The position numbers and the translations under genes were made by a program. DNA of 59,424 nt from Candidatus Micrarchaeota archaeon (lineage in GTDB: Archaea; Micrarchaeota; Micrarchaeia; Micrarchaeales; CABMGC01), in the NCBI GenBank assembly GCA_021810455.1, contig JAJZIU010000002.1:1-59424 (forward strand), in the 5' to 3' direction. The notes beneath the pieces are model-generated. The model did no database searches, was not told the origin of the DNA, and was given only the letters and a program-made list of their open reading frames with translations. This document shows positions 28,059-36,889 of the stretch, piece after piece; within the stretch, counting starts at the first letter, position 1, and the number at the start of each line of letters is the position of its first letter.

Positions 28059-29438
28059 ATGAAATTCGAGATAGATTATAAAACAATAGAGAGTGTTGCT
28101 GGACCGTTGATAGTAGTAGGAAGGGTAGGAAATGCCGCGTACAATGAGATAGTTAAAATAAAAATGCAGGATGGCGAATACAGGCTGGGCCAGGTTCTTG
28201 ACACCAGTGATCAGCATGCGATTGTGCAGGTGTTCGGGCCTACGCACGGAATAGACATAAGGGATACGGCAGTGACATTCTTAGGCGATACGTTTAAAAC
28301 AGGTGTAAGCGAGGAAATGCTGGGTAGAATATTCGATGGACAGGGAAGGTCTATAGACTCAGGATCCTCGATTACGTACTCAGATAAAAGAGATATAAAC
28401 GGCGAACCGATAAATCCAGCAGCAAGAGGAATGCCAAGCGATTTCATAGAGACAGGCATTTCAACAATAGACGGACTGAATACACTTGTCAGAGGGCAGA
28501 AATTGCCATTGTTCACAGGATCAGGGCTTCCGCACAACATGCTTGCAGCGCAGATAACAAGACAGGCTAGAGTCAAAGATCAGAGTGAAGGATTCGCAGT
28601 GGTTTTTGCAGGTATAGGAATCACTTACGATGATGCGGATTACTTCATAAAAGAATTTAGGAAAACAGGAGCACTAAAGAGAACGATAGCATTCATTAAC
28701 TTGGCGGGAGATCCCAGCATAGAAAGAATATTAACACCAAGACTTGCGCTTACAACCGCAGAGTATCTCGCGTTTGAGAAGAACATGCACGTCCTAGTTA
28801 TACTAAATGATATGACCAACTATGCCGAAGCATTAAGAGAGTTATCTAGTGCAAGAGAGGAGGTACCAGGAAGGAGGGGATATCCAGGATATATGTATAC
28901 GGATTTGGCAAGCATTTTTGAAAGAGCAGGGATAGTGAAGGGCAAGAAAGGCAGTATAACACAATTGAGCATAGAAACGATGCCGAGTGATGATGTCACA
29001 CACCCGATAATAGACCTCACAGGATACATAACAGAGGGACAGATGTTCCTTGACAGAAATCTGAATAACAAGGGGATATACCCTCCGATAAATCCGATAG
29101 GATCGTTATCAAGACTTATGAATTTCGGGATAGGAAAGGGAAAAACCAGAGAAGACCATAGAGGAGTTGCAGACCAACTTTATGGAGCTTATGCAAGGGC
29201 GCAGGATGCAAAGAACCTAAGCTCAATAGTAGGTGCAGAGGCATTGAGTGAGAGCGATAGGAGATACCTTGAATTTGGAGAGGCTTTTGAAAACAGATTC
29301 ATAAGACAGGGTTTTGATGAAAGCAGAACAATAGAAGAAACCCTCACGATAGGTTGGGAGTTGCTTTCCATGCTTCCTGAAAGCGAATTGACAAGAATAA
29401 AAGAGGAGTACGTAAAGAAGTATTACAAAAAGGGCTAA
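28059..29438 (+). CDS. atpB: A-type ATP synthase subunit B
   Basis: [38 protein letters not shown]. Confidence 0.95.
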   Translation: MKFEIDYKTIESVAGPLIVVGRVGNAAYNEIVKIKMQDGEYRLGQVLDTSDQHAIVQVFGPTHGIDIRDTAVTFLGDTFKTGVSEEMLGRIFDGQGRSIDSGSSITYSDKRDINGEPINPAARGMPSDFIETGISTIDGLNTLVRGQKLPLFTGSGLPHNMLAAQITRQARVKDQSEGFAVVFAGIGITYDDADYFIKEFRKTGALKRTIAFINLAGDPSIERILTPRLALTTAEYLAFEKNMHVLVILNDMTNYAEALRELSSAREEVPGRRGYPGYMYTDLASIFERAGIVKGKKGSITQLSIETMPSDDVTHPIIDLTGYITEGQMFLDRNLNNKGIYPPINPIGSLSRLMNFGIGKGKTREDHRGVADQLYGAYARAQDAKNLSSIVGAEALSESDRRYLEFGEAFENRFIRQGFDESRTIEETLTIGWELLSMLPESELTRIKEEYVKKYYKKG

Positions 29439-29439
29439 C

Positions 29440-30051
29440 ATGCAACAAAGAGTAAATCCGACGAGAATGAATCTTATAACTACAAAGCGTAGAATAAGAA
29501 CGGCCAATAGAGGTTACTCGATACTTAAGAAAAAACGTGAAGCGTTGGTGCTAGAGTTCATGAAGTTGTTGAAACACTCCGGAAATGATAGAGATTATCT
29601 TAACACACTTATGCAAAGATCTTATAAAACAGTAATAGTTGCTTCTGCATATGTGGGCAATTTCGAACTTGAGGAAACCGCATACCATGTAAAAGAAACC
29701 GAATCGGTTAGCATGTCGGTGAGGAACATAATGGGGGTAAAGATACCAGAAGCCGTACGCATGAAGAATAAAGGTCACATAGATCTGATATCATCAAGTA
29801 TTGCGGTTGAAGATATCAATGATTCGTTCGGCGATTTGATAGATACAGTAATAGACGTAGCGAGGAAGGAACAGGGATTAAGGAGATTGGTTTTAGAAGT
29901 GGAAAAAACCAAGAGAAGAGTTAATGCTCTCGACTACATAGTAATCCCGAATCTTAAAAATCAGTCAAAGTACATAGCCATGCGTCTTGAGGAAATAGAC
30001 AGGGACATGTTTTCAGCCTTAAAGCACGTCAAGAAGAAGCTTGGAAAATGA
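29440..30051 (+). CDS. atpD: A-type ATP synthase subunit D (central stalk)
   Basis: NPTRMNL...LKKKREALV N-terminus and a coiled-coil C-terminus. Last gene of the operon. Confidence 0.9.
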   Translation: MQQRVNPTRMNLITTKRRIRTANRGYSILKKKREALVLEFMKLLKHSGNDRDYLNTLMQRSYKTVIVASAYVGNFELEETAYHVKETESVSMSVRNIMGVKIPEAVRMKNKGHIDLISSSIAVEDINDSFGDLIDTVIDVARKEQGLRRLVLEVEKTKRRVNALDYIVIPNLKNQSKYIAMRLEEIDRDMFSALKHVKKKLGK

Positions 30052-30201
30052 GATGTAGTTTTACCAATGATTAATCGGACAGATTACAATGCAAAATTGG
30101 TAATAGTTACGAACAGCGAGAAGGTAAAAGAGTCTGTGGAAAGGCAAAGCAAAGGCAAAACAGAGTGCATAGTGATCAGGTAAACTTAGCCAAAAGACGA
30201 A

Positions 30202-30309
30202 TTTGGACTCCACCTAAACCGGGAATTCAGGTGTAGTTTTGGAAGAAACCCACTCGACAAACGAGACTACACCAAAAAGCAAGAGCTATAATAGAAGGTG
30301 GAGTCCAAA
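30202..30309. repeat. Nested inverted repeat / candidate structured RNA element
   Basis: Perfect 14-nt inverted repeat TTTGGACTCCACCT (30202-30215) / AGGTGGAGTCCAAA (30296-30309). It encloses a second 8-nt inverted repeat, GGTGTAGT (30230-30237) / ACTACACC (30266-30273). Confidence 0.5.
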
Positions 30310-30430
30310 CCCATTTTCTACGTCATTCAACGCTTTATTAAAAATGTGTATTATTCCATTTAATTACAGCAATAGATACCTACAGTACGTGCAATCAATG
30401 TATTCGACTTCTCATGAAGATGTAAACATC

Positions 30431-31545
30431 TATGTAAAAACGCCGTTCTAATGTAACATCATACTCGACAAACACCTTTTTATAACATTTCGTGAAGTTT
30501 TATTACTTGTGAGGAGCCACACAACATACATCTATAAGCAGCCTAGGGTGCAGTTCGATTAGTTGTTTTGTTGGGGTGCAGTCAGTTGGGAGACCTCGGC
30601 GGGTCGCGTTTAATAAAGCACTTCCTCATTTCCTCACCTTATAGATTACTTGCCATAGCTCTCGCCGTAGGGTTCACCTCTCGTAAGTATCCAATACATG
30701 ATCTCTACCAATTTTCCTTGCAACTGAGACTATCGCTCTCTGATGGCCTTTCCTGCGCTTCTTCCTAAGGTAAAGTTTCCTGAATCTTCCTGAACACCTG
30801 ATGGCTGCGTTTGCACCCTGGATCAATATGCGGCGCGGTTGTTTGTCTCAGTGTACAAGTCCGCTATCAAATCTTGTTTCTCCAGACTGATATATTCTTG
30901 GTACAAGGCACGCATAACTTGCCAGTTCCTCGTCCGATGCAACTCTGCCGATATAGTCTATGGTAGACACGATATGTACAGCAGAGTAATAACTTATGCC
31001 TGGAATGGTGTCCAGCAACTGCGCCTCTTTTGAGGCGTTGTATATGCCCCTCTTATTTTTACATCGTAGTCCCCAATATGACCTGTCAAAGTTCCTCAGA
31101 TATGTACGAGTCTATTCCCCTCCGTTGGCGGATAGTGTCACGAATTTTCCTAGTCTTTTCTTCTGGAATGTGGCACTGAGGCACAGTCCCCACCCTGCAA
31201 AGATCCGCAAGTTTCTTTGCATCAGTGCGATCTGTCTTCTTTTCTGAGTCATAAATCAGCTTCATCTTCGAAGGATTTGCGACAACAACATCGGCATTTA
31301 CCTCTCTCAGGCAGTCCAACACAAACATCCCATGCGTCGATGCCACCAAGACGAATTTGTTGCGCTTACCTGTCTTTCCGATGAGTTTACCAACGCCCTC
31401 TTTGGAAGTCGGGAACGTCCTATCAAGCCTTACGTTGCCGTTTCGGTCTGTACCAACGCACACAATTTCGTTCTTGCTTATATCAAGTCCTACATACATT
31501 TCAACACCTTTCTACATTATTATCGTATAAAGGCGTTTTTACATA
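30431..31545 (-). mobile_element. Decayed IS110-family insertion sequence (IS1111-like, with inverted repeats)
   Basis: 14-bp perfect inverted repeat TATGTAAAAACGCC (30431-30444) / GGCGTTTTTACATA (31532-31545). It brackets a disrupted DEDD-type transposase gene and ~230 bp of 3' non-coding sequence. Confidence 0.65.
30674..31499 (-). pseudogene. IS110-family (DEDD) transposase, disrupted
   Basis: Intact N-terminal 137 aa (MYVGLDISKNEIV...). There is a frameshift near 31086-31090, and the linker between the RCKNK and LLDTIPGIS motifs is far shorter than usual. An in-frame TGA lies at 30848-30850, followed by ...PRRILIQGANAAIR...RKGHQRAIVSVARKI, a typical IS110 C-terminus. Confidence 0.75.
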
Positions 31546-31552
31546 CCCTCAG

Positions 31553-32584
31553 TTGCGTATTTGTGGCCAGAACATAGCAACGCTTTTAAGCATTCTTATC
31601 GTATGGAATGTGGATTCCGTGAATACGTACAGAAGAAAAAGTAGCTCTCTCTCTCTCTCTCTGGGAAGGCGCGACGGCAGATATAGCTTAAGACATTCAG
31701 TCTTTTTTCATCAGCATAAATCTACGTCAAGATCGCAAAGCGCAATGGAATACCTGATGACTTATGGATGGTCTATACTAATAATTGCAGTAGTTCTCGG
31801 CGCACTGTCGTTTCTCGGTGTGTTCAATCCTGTTACGTTTGCACCTAAGGCTGCACCTGGAAGTTGCCAGATTGTAAAGAATTCCGAATTAGGAATAAGC
31901 AACCTTGTAGGAAGCTGCAACAACCAAGTGCCGCAGTATGTCGCATCTCTTAACGGTTCAAGCAGCGACATAGTTATAACTAATCCAAACAGCCTTTCTA
32001 GTGATAATCTTACAGTAACTGCGTGGATTGACCCAACTGCAGCATCTACCGGAGGAGGCATAGCAGGCATTGTTAGCTACGGAAGTGGATGCAGCTCTAA
32101 TACGGCAGCATTAATCATGTGGAATGGATACTTGTATAAAGATGGTTGTGGAGACAATTATAATAGTATGTTAAAACCTAGCGCAAATGTTTGGGAATTT
32201 GTTGCCATGGTCGTAAACAGTACTGATACCCGCCTTTATCTAAATTCAGCTTACAATACATCAAATACTGCAGGTACACCTTACATATCTTCATTGGAGA
32301 TAAACATAGGTTGTGATATAGAACCATTAAGCGGCTGTCAGTCTGGAGATATGTTTGGAGGATACGTTGCCGATGTGCAGATATACAATACATCGCTTAC
32401 AAATTCTTCGGTGCAGGAATTGTATCGTGAAGGGTTAGGCGGATTGCCAATAAACCTTCAGAAACTGGTAAATTGGTACCCGCTGAATGGCAATGCCAAT
32501 GACTATTCCGGAAACCAGAATAACGGAGCGCAGACAAAGGTGGTGTACACAAGCAGTTGGTATGGCGGGTATACACAACCGTGA
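31553..32584 (+). CDS. Class III signal (type IV pilin-like) protein with LamG/concanavalin-like domain, paralog A
   Basis: QSAMEYLMTYGWSILIIAVVLGALSFLG pilin-type N-terminus and LamG hallmarks (LTVTAWI, WEFVAMVV, GGYVADVQIYNTSLTNSSVQELYREG). The only in-frame start upstream of the signal is TTG 31553, which gives an atypical 64-aa leader. ATG 31745 would remove the leader. Confidence 0.7.
   Translation: MRICGQNIATLLSILIVWNVDSVNTYRRKSSSLSLSLGRRDGRYSLRHSVFFHQHKSTSRSQSAMEYLMTYGWSILIIAVVLGALSFLGVFNPVTFAPKAAPGSCQIVKNSELGISNLVGSCNNQVPQYVASLNGSSSDIVITNPNSLSSDNLTVTAWIDPTAASTGGGIAGIVSYGSGCSSNTAALIMWNGYLYKDGCGDNYNSMLKPSANVWEFVAMVVNSTDTRLYLNSAYNTSNTAGTPYISSLEINIGCDIEPLSGCQSGDMFGGYVADVQIYNTSLTNSSVQELYREGLGGLPINLQKLVNWYPLNGNANDYSGNQNNGAQTKVVYTSSWYGGYTQP
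31645..31662 (+). repeat. (CT)9 dinucleotide microsatellite
   Basis: Nine uninterrupted CT units read directly from the sequence. The tract lies inside the only ORF extension that gives the first pilin-like gene a start codon. Confidence 0.95.
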
Positions 32585-32589
32585 TATTT

Positions 32590-35082
32590 ATGAAAACTTT
32601 TTCCAAAAATTTCATCAAAAATCAATCCGAGAAACTCTTTAGAAAAGAGTTTCATCAGAAATCGCAATCCGCAATGGAATACCTGATGACTTATGGATGG
32701 TCGATACTTGTAATCGCCATCATGGTTTCCTTTCTCTACTTCTTCGTTCTTGCACCTTCCAATTTAGTTCCTACTCGATGTACGACAAGCAGTGAACTAA
32801 ACTGCCAGGACATAGTGTTCGGTGCAAACCAACTACTTTCAAAAACAGTATTGTTCCTGACAAATGCGCAATTGCATCCAATCCAGAATCCCTCCATTTC
32901 AATTAATGTGAGCGGGGTCGGAGTCGGGAGTGGAACCTGCACCCCTAATTACGTACTTCCCGGAGGAGCAATAATCTGCAACGTCACCTTTACCAGACCG
33001 TTGCATTATGGGTCTTTAGTAGTGGGAAAAATACTGCTTAGTGGAAATGTATGCACGAATTTGGCAACAGGAGGATGCGCAAGCCCTCAATCACAGACTT
33101 ATCAGGGCAGCTTCAGTGCGCACGTAGTACCGATACTCAGCCAGACTGGACTTAACGTGACAATAATTTCGCAAGGGCCGTTCCTTGCCGACGGAAGTTT
33201 GTACAAGATAACTGCAAAGGTAAAACTCCTCGGTTATCCTCTTTCAGGCGCAACGGTCAACTTCACAAACACGGGCAACTGCGGAGTGATTTCGCAGCAG
33301 TACGCAACAACCGACAGCAACGGCAATGCGACTACGTACGTTTCAAGCACGTCGCAATGCAGCGGATCGATAAACGCAACGTTCGTGGGACACTCGAACA
33401 CCACAAAAGTTACGTTCCTGAAACCGGTTTATGCAACATTCAGCATGAACCAACCAAATACTGGTTACACAGTAGTTACTCTCAGTGGAGTTTCATTCTC
33501 CAACTTGCCAATAAAAATCGCATTTGCTCCAAATTCAACTGCATCATATTCATTCCAGTCAACAGTGCAGGACACGGCAAGTGAAAGGTACGCATTCTCA
33601 TCAGTTGTTAACAATTGCAACGGTGCCAATACGCAGTCAGGATCAATTACAATGACAAACAATTGCAGCGTAGTCGCATCCTACACACTGCAATACTACC
33701 TGACTGCATTTGCATCTCCAAGTAGCGGCGGCAGCGTATCCCCTGCAAGCAACTGGTACAACACGGGCACGCTTGTGCAGGAAAATGCATATGCCACGTC
33801 CAATTATCAGTTCAACAACTGGGCAATCAATCCGACTTCCGCAGGAAGCAGCACCACTTCATCAATAACATTGAACGTTTCAACTCCGGTCAGCGCAGAG
33901 GCAGTGTTCCAAACCACCACATCAACATCCACGAGTACAACCACTTCCACTTCAACATCAACTACAAGTACGACAACATCAACAACCACTTCAACATCTA
34001 CGACCACCTCAACTTCCACTTCCACAAGTACAACAATAACTACACTTACCACATCTTCTACAACAACATCCACAACAACTAGTACAAGCACCAGTACTTC
34101 CACCACAACGATATATTATGCAAACAAGGTAATCGACACTATTGCGGTAGGCAACGACCCAGCTGGAGTGGCATTCAGCCCATCAGGCAACCTTGCATAC
34201 GTTGCGAATGAGGGCAGTTCCACAGTAAGTGTAATCAGCGTAGCTACCAATACAGTCATAGACACTATTACAGTACCTCACGGTGTTTACAGGGTAGCAT
34301 TTAATCCTTCAGGCACACTGGCGTACGTTACGAACAATCAAGATGGTCCGTCTGGAAATACAAGTATAATCAACGTAGGCACTAACACAGTCACTGGAGT
34401 TATTACTTCAAACGTAGGGTGGCCGAATGGGTGGACAGGGGGCGTATATCCGAGTGGCGTGGCATTCAATCCCAATGGCACCACAGCATTCATCGCATAT
34501 CATGGAGTCTGCAACGGTGCGGATCGTGGCAATGAAGTGGTTGGAGTGATCAACGTAGCCACAGATGCAATGATAGGCTATATTTCTGGAAATGGATGTC
34601 CAAACAGCATAGCATTCAGCCCCTCAGGCAACCTTGCATACGTTACGCTTGCTTATGCAGGTGGGGCAGTGGAAGTGCTCGCAATCAGTGGAACCACAGT
34701 TACAAATCCGAACAACATTAACATAGGCACCTATCCTACTGACAGTGTGGCATTTAATCCTTCAGGCACACTGGCATACGTTTCTGATGGTGGCAACGCC
34801 ACAGTAAGTGTAATCAATGTAGCTACCAATACAGTAACGAAAAATATCGGCGTAGGAGTCTCTCCGTACGGCATGGCCTTAAACCCCTCTGGCACACTGG
34901 CATACGTCTCAAACTATGTCAACAACACCGTAACGGTAGTTAATGTAACCACAGGTACAATCACGAACATTGTTGGCGTAGGCACCCAGCCGGGTTTCGT
35001 GGCTATAGATCCAACATATAACATTGCATACGTTACGAATTCCAACAGCAATACGGTGAGTGTGATATCAACGTATCCATAA
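32590..35082 (+). CDS. Class III signal multi-domain adhesin-like protein (Ig-like region, Thr/Ser linker, 7-blade YVTN beta-propeller)
   Basis: Leader MKTFSKNF...FHQKSQ followed by SAMEYLMTYGWSILVIAIMV. Big_1-like segment (ATVNFTNTG...TTDSNGNATTYVSS), an InlB-B-repeat-like segment (GGSVSPASNWYNTGTLV...YQFNNWA) and a 66-aa T/S tract. Seven repeats of the P.GVAF(S/N)PSG(N/T)LAYV.N....V(S/T)VI(N/S)V.T type follow. Confidence 0.75.
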   Translation: MKTFSKNFIKNQSEKLFRKEFHQKSQSAMEYLMTYGWSILVIAIMVSFLYFFVLAPSNLVPTRCTTSSELNCQDIVFGANQLLSKTVLFLTNAQLHPIQNPSISINVSGVGVGSGTCTPNYVLPGGAIICNVTFTRPLHYGSLVVGKILLSGNVCTNLATGGCASPQSQTYQGSFSAHVVPILSQTGLNVTIISQGPFLADGSLYKITAKVKLLGYPLSGATVNFTNTGNCGVISQQYATTDSNGNATTYVSSTSQCSGSINATFVGHSNTTKVTFLKPVYATFSMNQPNTGYTVVTLSGVSFSNLPIKIAFAPNSTASYSFQSTVQDTASERYAFSSVVNNCNGANTQSGSITMTNNCSVVASYTLQYYLTAFASPSSGGSVSPASNWYNTGTLVQENAYATSNYQFNNWAINPTSAGSSTTSSITLNVSTPVSAEAVFQTTTSTSTSTTTSTSTSTTSTTTSTTTSTSTTTSTSTSTSTTITTLTTSSTTTSTTTSTSTSTSTTTIYYANKVIDTIAVGNDPAGVAFSPSGNLAYVANEGSSTVSVISVATNTVIDTITVPHGVYRVAFNPSGTLAYVTNNQDGPSGNTSIINVGTNTVTGVITSNVGWPNGWTGGVYPSGVAFNPNGTTAFIAYHGVCNGADRGNEVVGVINVATDAMIGYISGNGCPNSIAFSPSGNLAYVTLAYAGGAVEVLAISGTTVTNPNNINIGTYPTDSVAFNPSGTLAYVSDGGNATVSVINVATNTVTKNIGVGVSPYGMALNPSGTLAYVSNYVNNTVTVVNVTTGTITNIVGVGTQPGFVAIDPTYNIAYVTNSNSNTVSVISTYP
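33913..34110 (+). repeat. Thr/Ser-rich low-complexity coding tract (ACN/TCN/AGY codon repeats)
   Basis: 66 consecutive codons that are almost all Thr or Ser (TTTSTSTSTTTSTSTSTTSTTT...), lying between the N-terminal domains and the propeller of the adhesin. Confidence 0.9.
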
Positions 35083-35111
35083 TAAGTACAATCACAAACT
35101 CAGGATATATT

Positions 35112-36017
35112 ATGAATAAGTCGCAATCAGCAATGGAATACCTGATGACTTATGGATGGAGTATACTCATTGTTGCAGTGGTATTGGGCGCACTGTCGTT
35201 TCTCGGTGTGTTCAAACCTGTTACGTTTGCGCCCAAAGCTGCACCTGGAAGTTGTCAGATTGTAAAGAATTCCGAATTGGGAATAAGCAACCTTGTAGGA
35301 AGCTGCAACAACCAGGTGCCACAGTATGTTGCATATTTTGATGGCAAAGGAGCATATGCAAATCTTGGAAACAGCCCTACACTTAGTCCCGAAGCAGGTA
35401 CCGAGGGTAAGATGACTTTTTGTATGTGGTATAAAATAAATTCGCTTTCTGGTTATGCAGGCCCGATGCTTAAAGGTGCATATTCTCCAAGCGATGGGAA
35501 TTACTGGGAATATACTCTTGATCAAGGTGGAGGCTCCGAAGGTTTTACTGTGTGGGCTGCAGATGGCGCAACAATCGCATCAGCATCGAGCGATTATTAT
35601 TCATTCAGCTATCTATTAAATCAGTGGGTTTTTGCATGCTTCACCTACGACTACACTGCAGGATCTTCGTATTACTACGTAGGTTATCCAGGGTACTCTG
35701 CACCGATACCTTTCAATTCTCCCGTGTCTGGGATGGCAAGTCAAGGCACTGGATCACTGGTTCTGGGTGCTGGTGAAGGTGGGTATTCAAATGTCAGCAT
35801 ATCTAATGTTCAAATGTATAATACATCATTAAGCAGTTCAGCAATAAATTCCTTATACCAGGAAGGCATTGGAGGAGTACCCATAGATTCGCAGAATTTG
35901 GTAGGCTGGTGGCCGCTGAATGGAAATGCTAACGATTATTCAGGGAACAGTAATGATGGGATCGCCACTAATGTGATATTCACGAGCAATTGGTATGGTG
36001 GATACACGCAACCGTGA
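35112..36017 (+). CDS. Class III signal (pilin-like) LamG-domain protein, paralog C
   Basis: MNKSQ leader plus SAMEYLMTYGWSILIVAVVLGALSFLG. The first ~70 aa are nearly identical to paralog A. The LamG core is divergent (MTFCMWYK, WVFACFTY, ISNVQMYNTSLSSSAINSLYQEG) and the C-terminal WWPLNGNANDYSGN...WYGGYTQP is shared. Confidence 0.8.
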   Translation: MNKSQSAMEYLMTYGWSILIVAVVLGALSFLGVFKPVTFAPKAAPGSCQIVKNSELGISNLVGSCNNQVPQYVAYFDGKGAYANLGNSPTLSPEAGTEGKMTFCMWYKINSLSGYAGPMLKGAYSPSDGNYWEYTLDQGGGSEGFTVWAADGATIASASSDYYSFSYLLNQWVFACFTYDYTAGSSYYYVGYPGYSAPIPFNSPVSGMASQGTGSLVLGAGEGGYSNVSISNVQMYNTSLSSSAINSLYQEGIGGVPIDSQNLVGWWPLNGNANDYSGNSNDGIATNVIFTSNWYGGYTQP

Positions 36018-36021
36018 TAGA

Positions 36022-36885
36022 ATGAAATCGCAAAGTGCAATGGAGTATTTGATGACCTATGGATGGTCGATACTCATTATCGCAGTAGTGCTCGGTGCGC
36101 TTTCATTTCTCGGTATATTCAATCCTTTGACATTTGCACCTAAGGCAACTGCCGGCAATTGCCAAGTGATAAGGAACGGTGAACTTGGAATAAGCAATCT
36201 GGAAGGTAGTTGCAACAACCAAGTGCCGCAGTATGTCGCACGATTCATAGGTTATAACAACATCCCGACAACAGATGCGCAGAAACTGACTTCATTTACA
36301 ATGTTGGACTGGTTTTATGATAACTCTGGAAACCAGCTCGGAAGTGTGCAGCAATCGAAATGTGGAGTGACAGTAGGACCTGCATGGAGCTGGTGTAGCG
36401 GAGGATGGGCTTGTTTCGATCCATGCTCATGCTACCTAAGCTCGACAGGACAGGCAATAGGATGCAATGGCTATGCACAGGTAAGTGGATTGCCAAATAC
36501 GTGGAATATGGTGGCTGTGAGCGTTGCGGTGAATGGCACCGTTTTTATGTACGACTTTGTAAATGGAAAGGAGTACTCGAATTCATATTCTTTCGGACAA
36601 GGAATATACGCATCTTCGGGAAGCGTGAATATTGGAGATTGGCCCGGATGGTTGTTTGATGGTATGGTTTCTAATGTGCAGATATACAATACCTCACTGA
36701 GTAATGTTGCGATAGAAGCCATGTACAACGAAGGCATAGGAGGAGCTCCAGTAGATTTACAGAATCTCGTAGGATGGTGGCCACTGAATGGGAACGTTAA
36801 TGATTATTCAAATAGTGGTAATTCAGGAATGACTGAAAATCTGACATTTACAAGCAGTTGGTATGGTGGATACACGCAACCGTGA
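36022..36885 (+). CDS. Class III signal (pilin-like) LamG-domain protein, paralog D (Cys-rich core)
   Basis: MKSQ leader plus SAMEYLMTYGWSILIIAVVLGALSFLG. The core is divergent and Cys-rich (CGVTVGPAWSWCSGGWACFDPCSCY). MVSNVQIYNTSLSNVAIEAMYNEG and the WWPLNGNVNDYS...WYGGYTQP C-terminus are present. Confidence 0.8.
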   Translation: MKSQSAMEYLMTYGWSILIIAVVLGALSFLGIFNPLTFAPKATAGNCQVIRNGELGISNLEGSCNNQVPQYVARFIGYNNIPTTDAQKLTSFTMLDWFYDNSGNQLGSVQQSKCGVTVGPAWSWCSGGWACFDPCSCYLSSTGQAIGCNGYAQVSGLPNTWNMVAVSVAVNGTVFMYDFVNGKEYSNSYSFGQGIYASSGSVNIGDWPGWLFDGMVSNVQIYNTSLSNVAIEAMYNEGIGGAPVDLQNLVGWWPLNGNVNDYSNSGNSGMTENLTFTSSWYGGYTQP

Positions 36886-36889
36886 TAGA

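Noticed and set aside
30067-30183. 38-aa ORF (MINRTDYNAKLVIVTNSEKVKESVERQSKGKTECIVIR) just after atpD.
   Set aside because: It has no recognisable motif and no obvious ribosome-binding or promoter context. It is too short to support without expression or conservation data.
30848-30850. In-frame TGA inside the transposase as possible recoding (Sec/Trp).
   Set aside because: TGA is used as an ordinary stop by many well-defined genes here, for example all three LamG paralogs and rad50. The transposase also has a frameshift and an apparent deletion, so it is a pseudogene.
30239-31577. Plus-strand ORFs of 64-83 aa (30239-30451, 30568-30768, 30839-31033, 30996-31247, 31332-31577).
   Set aside because: They lie in IS non-coding sequence or antisense to the recognisable IS110 transposase remnant, and they show no motifs. 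The minus-strand reading gives clear IS110 homology.
33807-34106. Minus-strand ORF encoding a VVVDVEVEV-type repeat.
   Set aside because: It is simply the reverse-complement reading of the Thr/Ser codon repeat in the adhesin gene.
33913-34110. Possible CRISPR-like or other non-coding repeat array. The 55-bp duplication at 45473-45582 was considered in the same way.
   Set aside because: The first is an in-frame codon repeat within a long ORF. The second has only two directly abutting copies with no spacers. No repeat-spacer architecture exists anywhere in the window.
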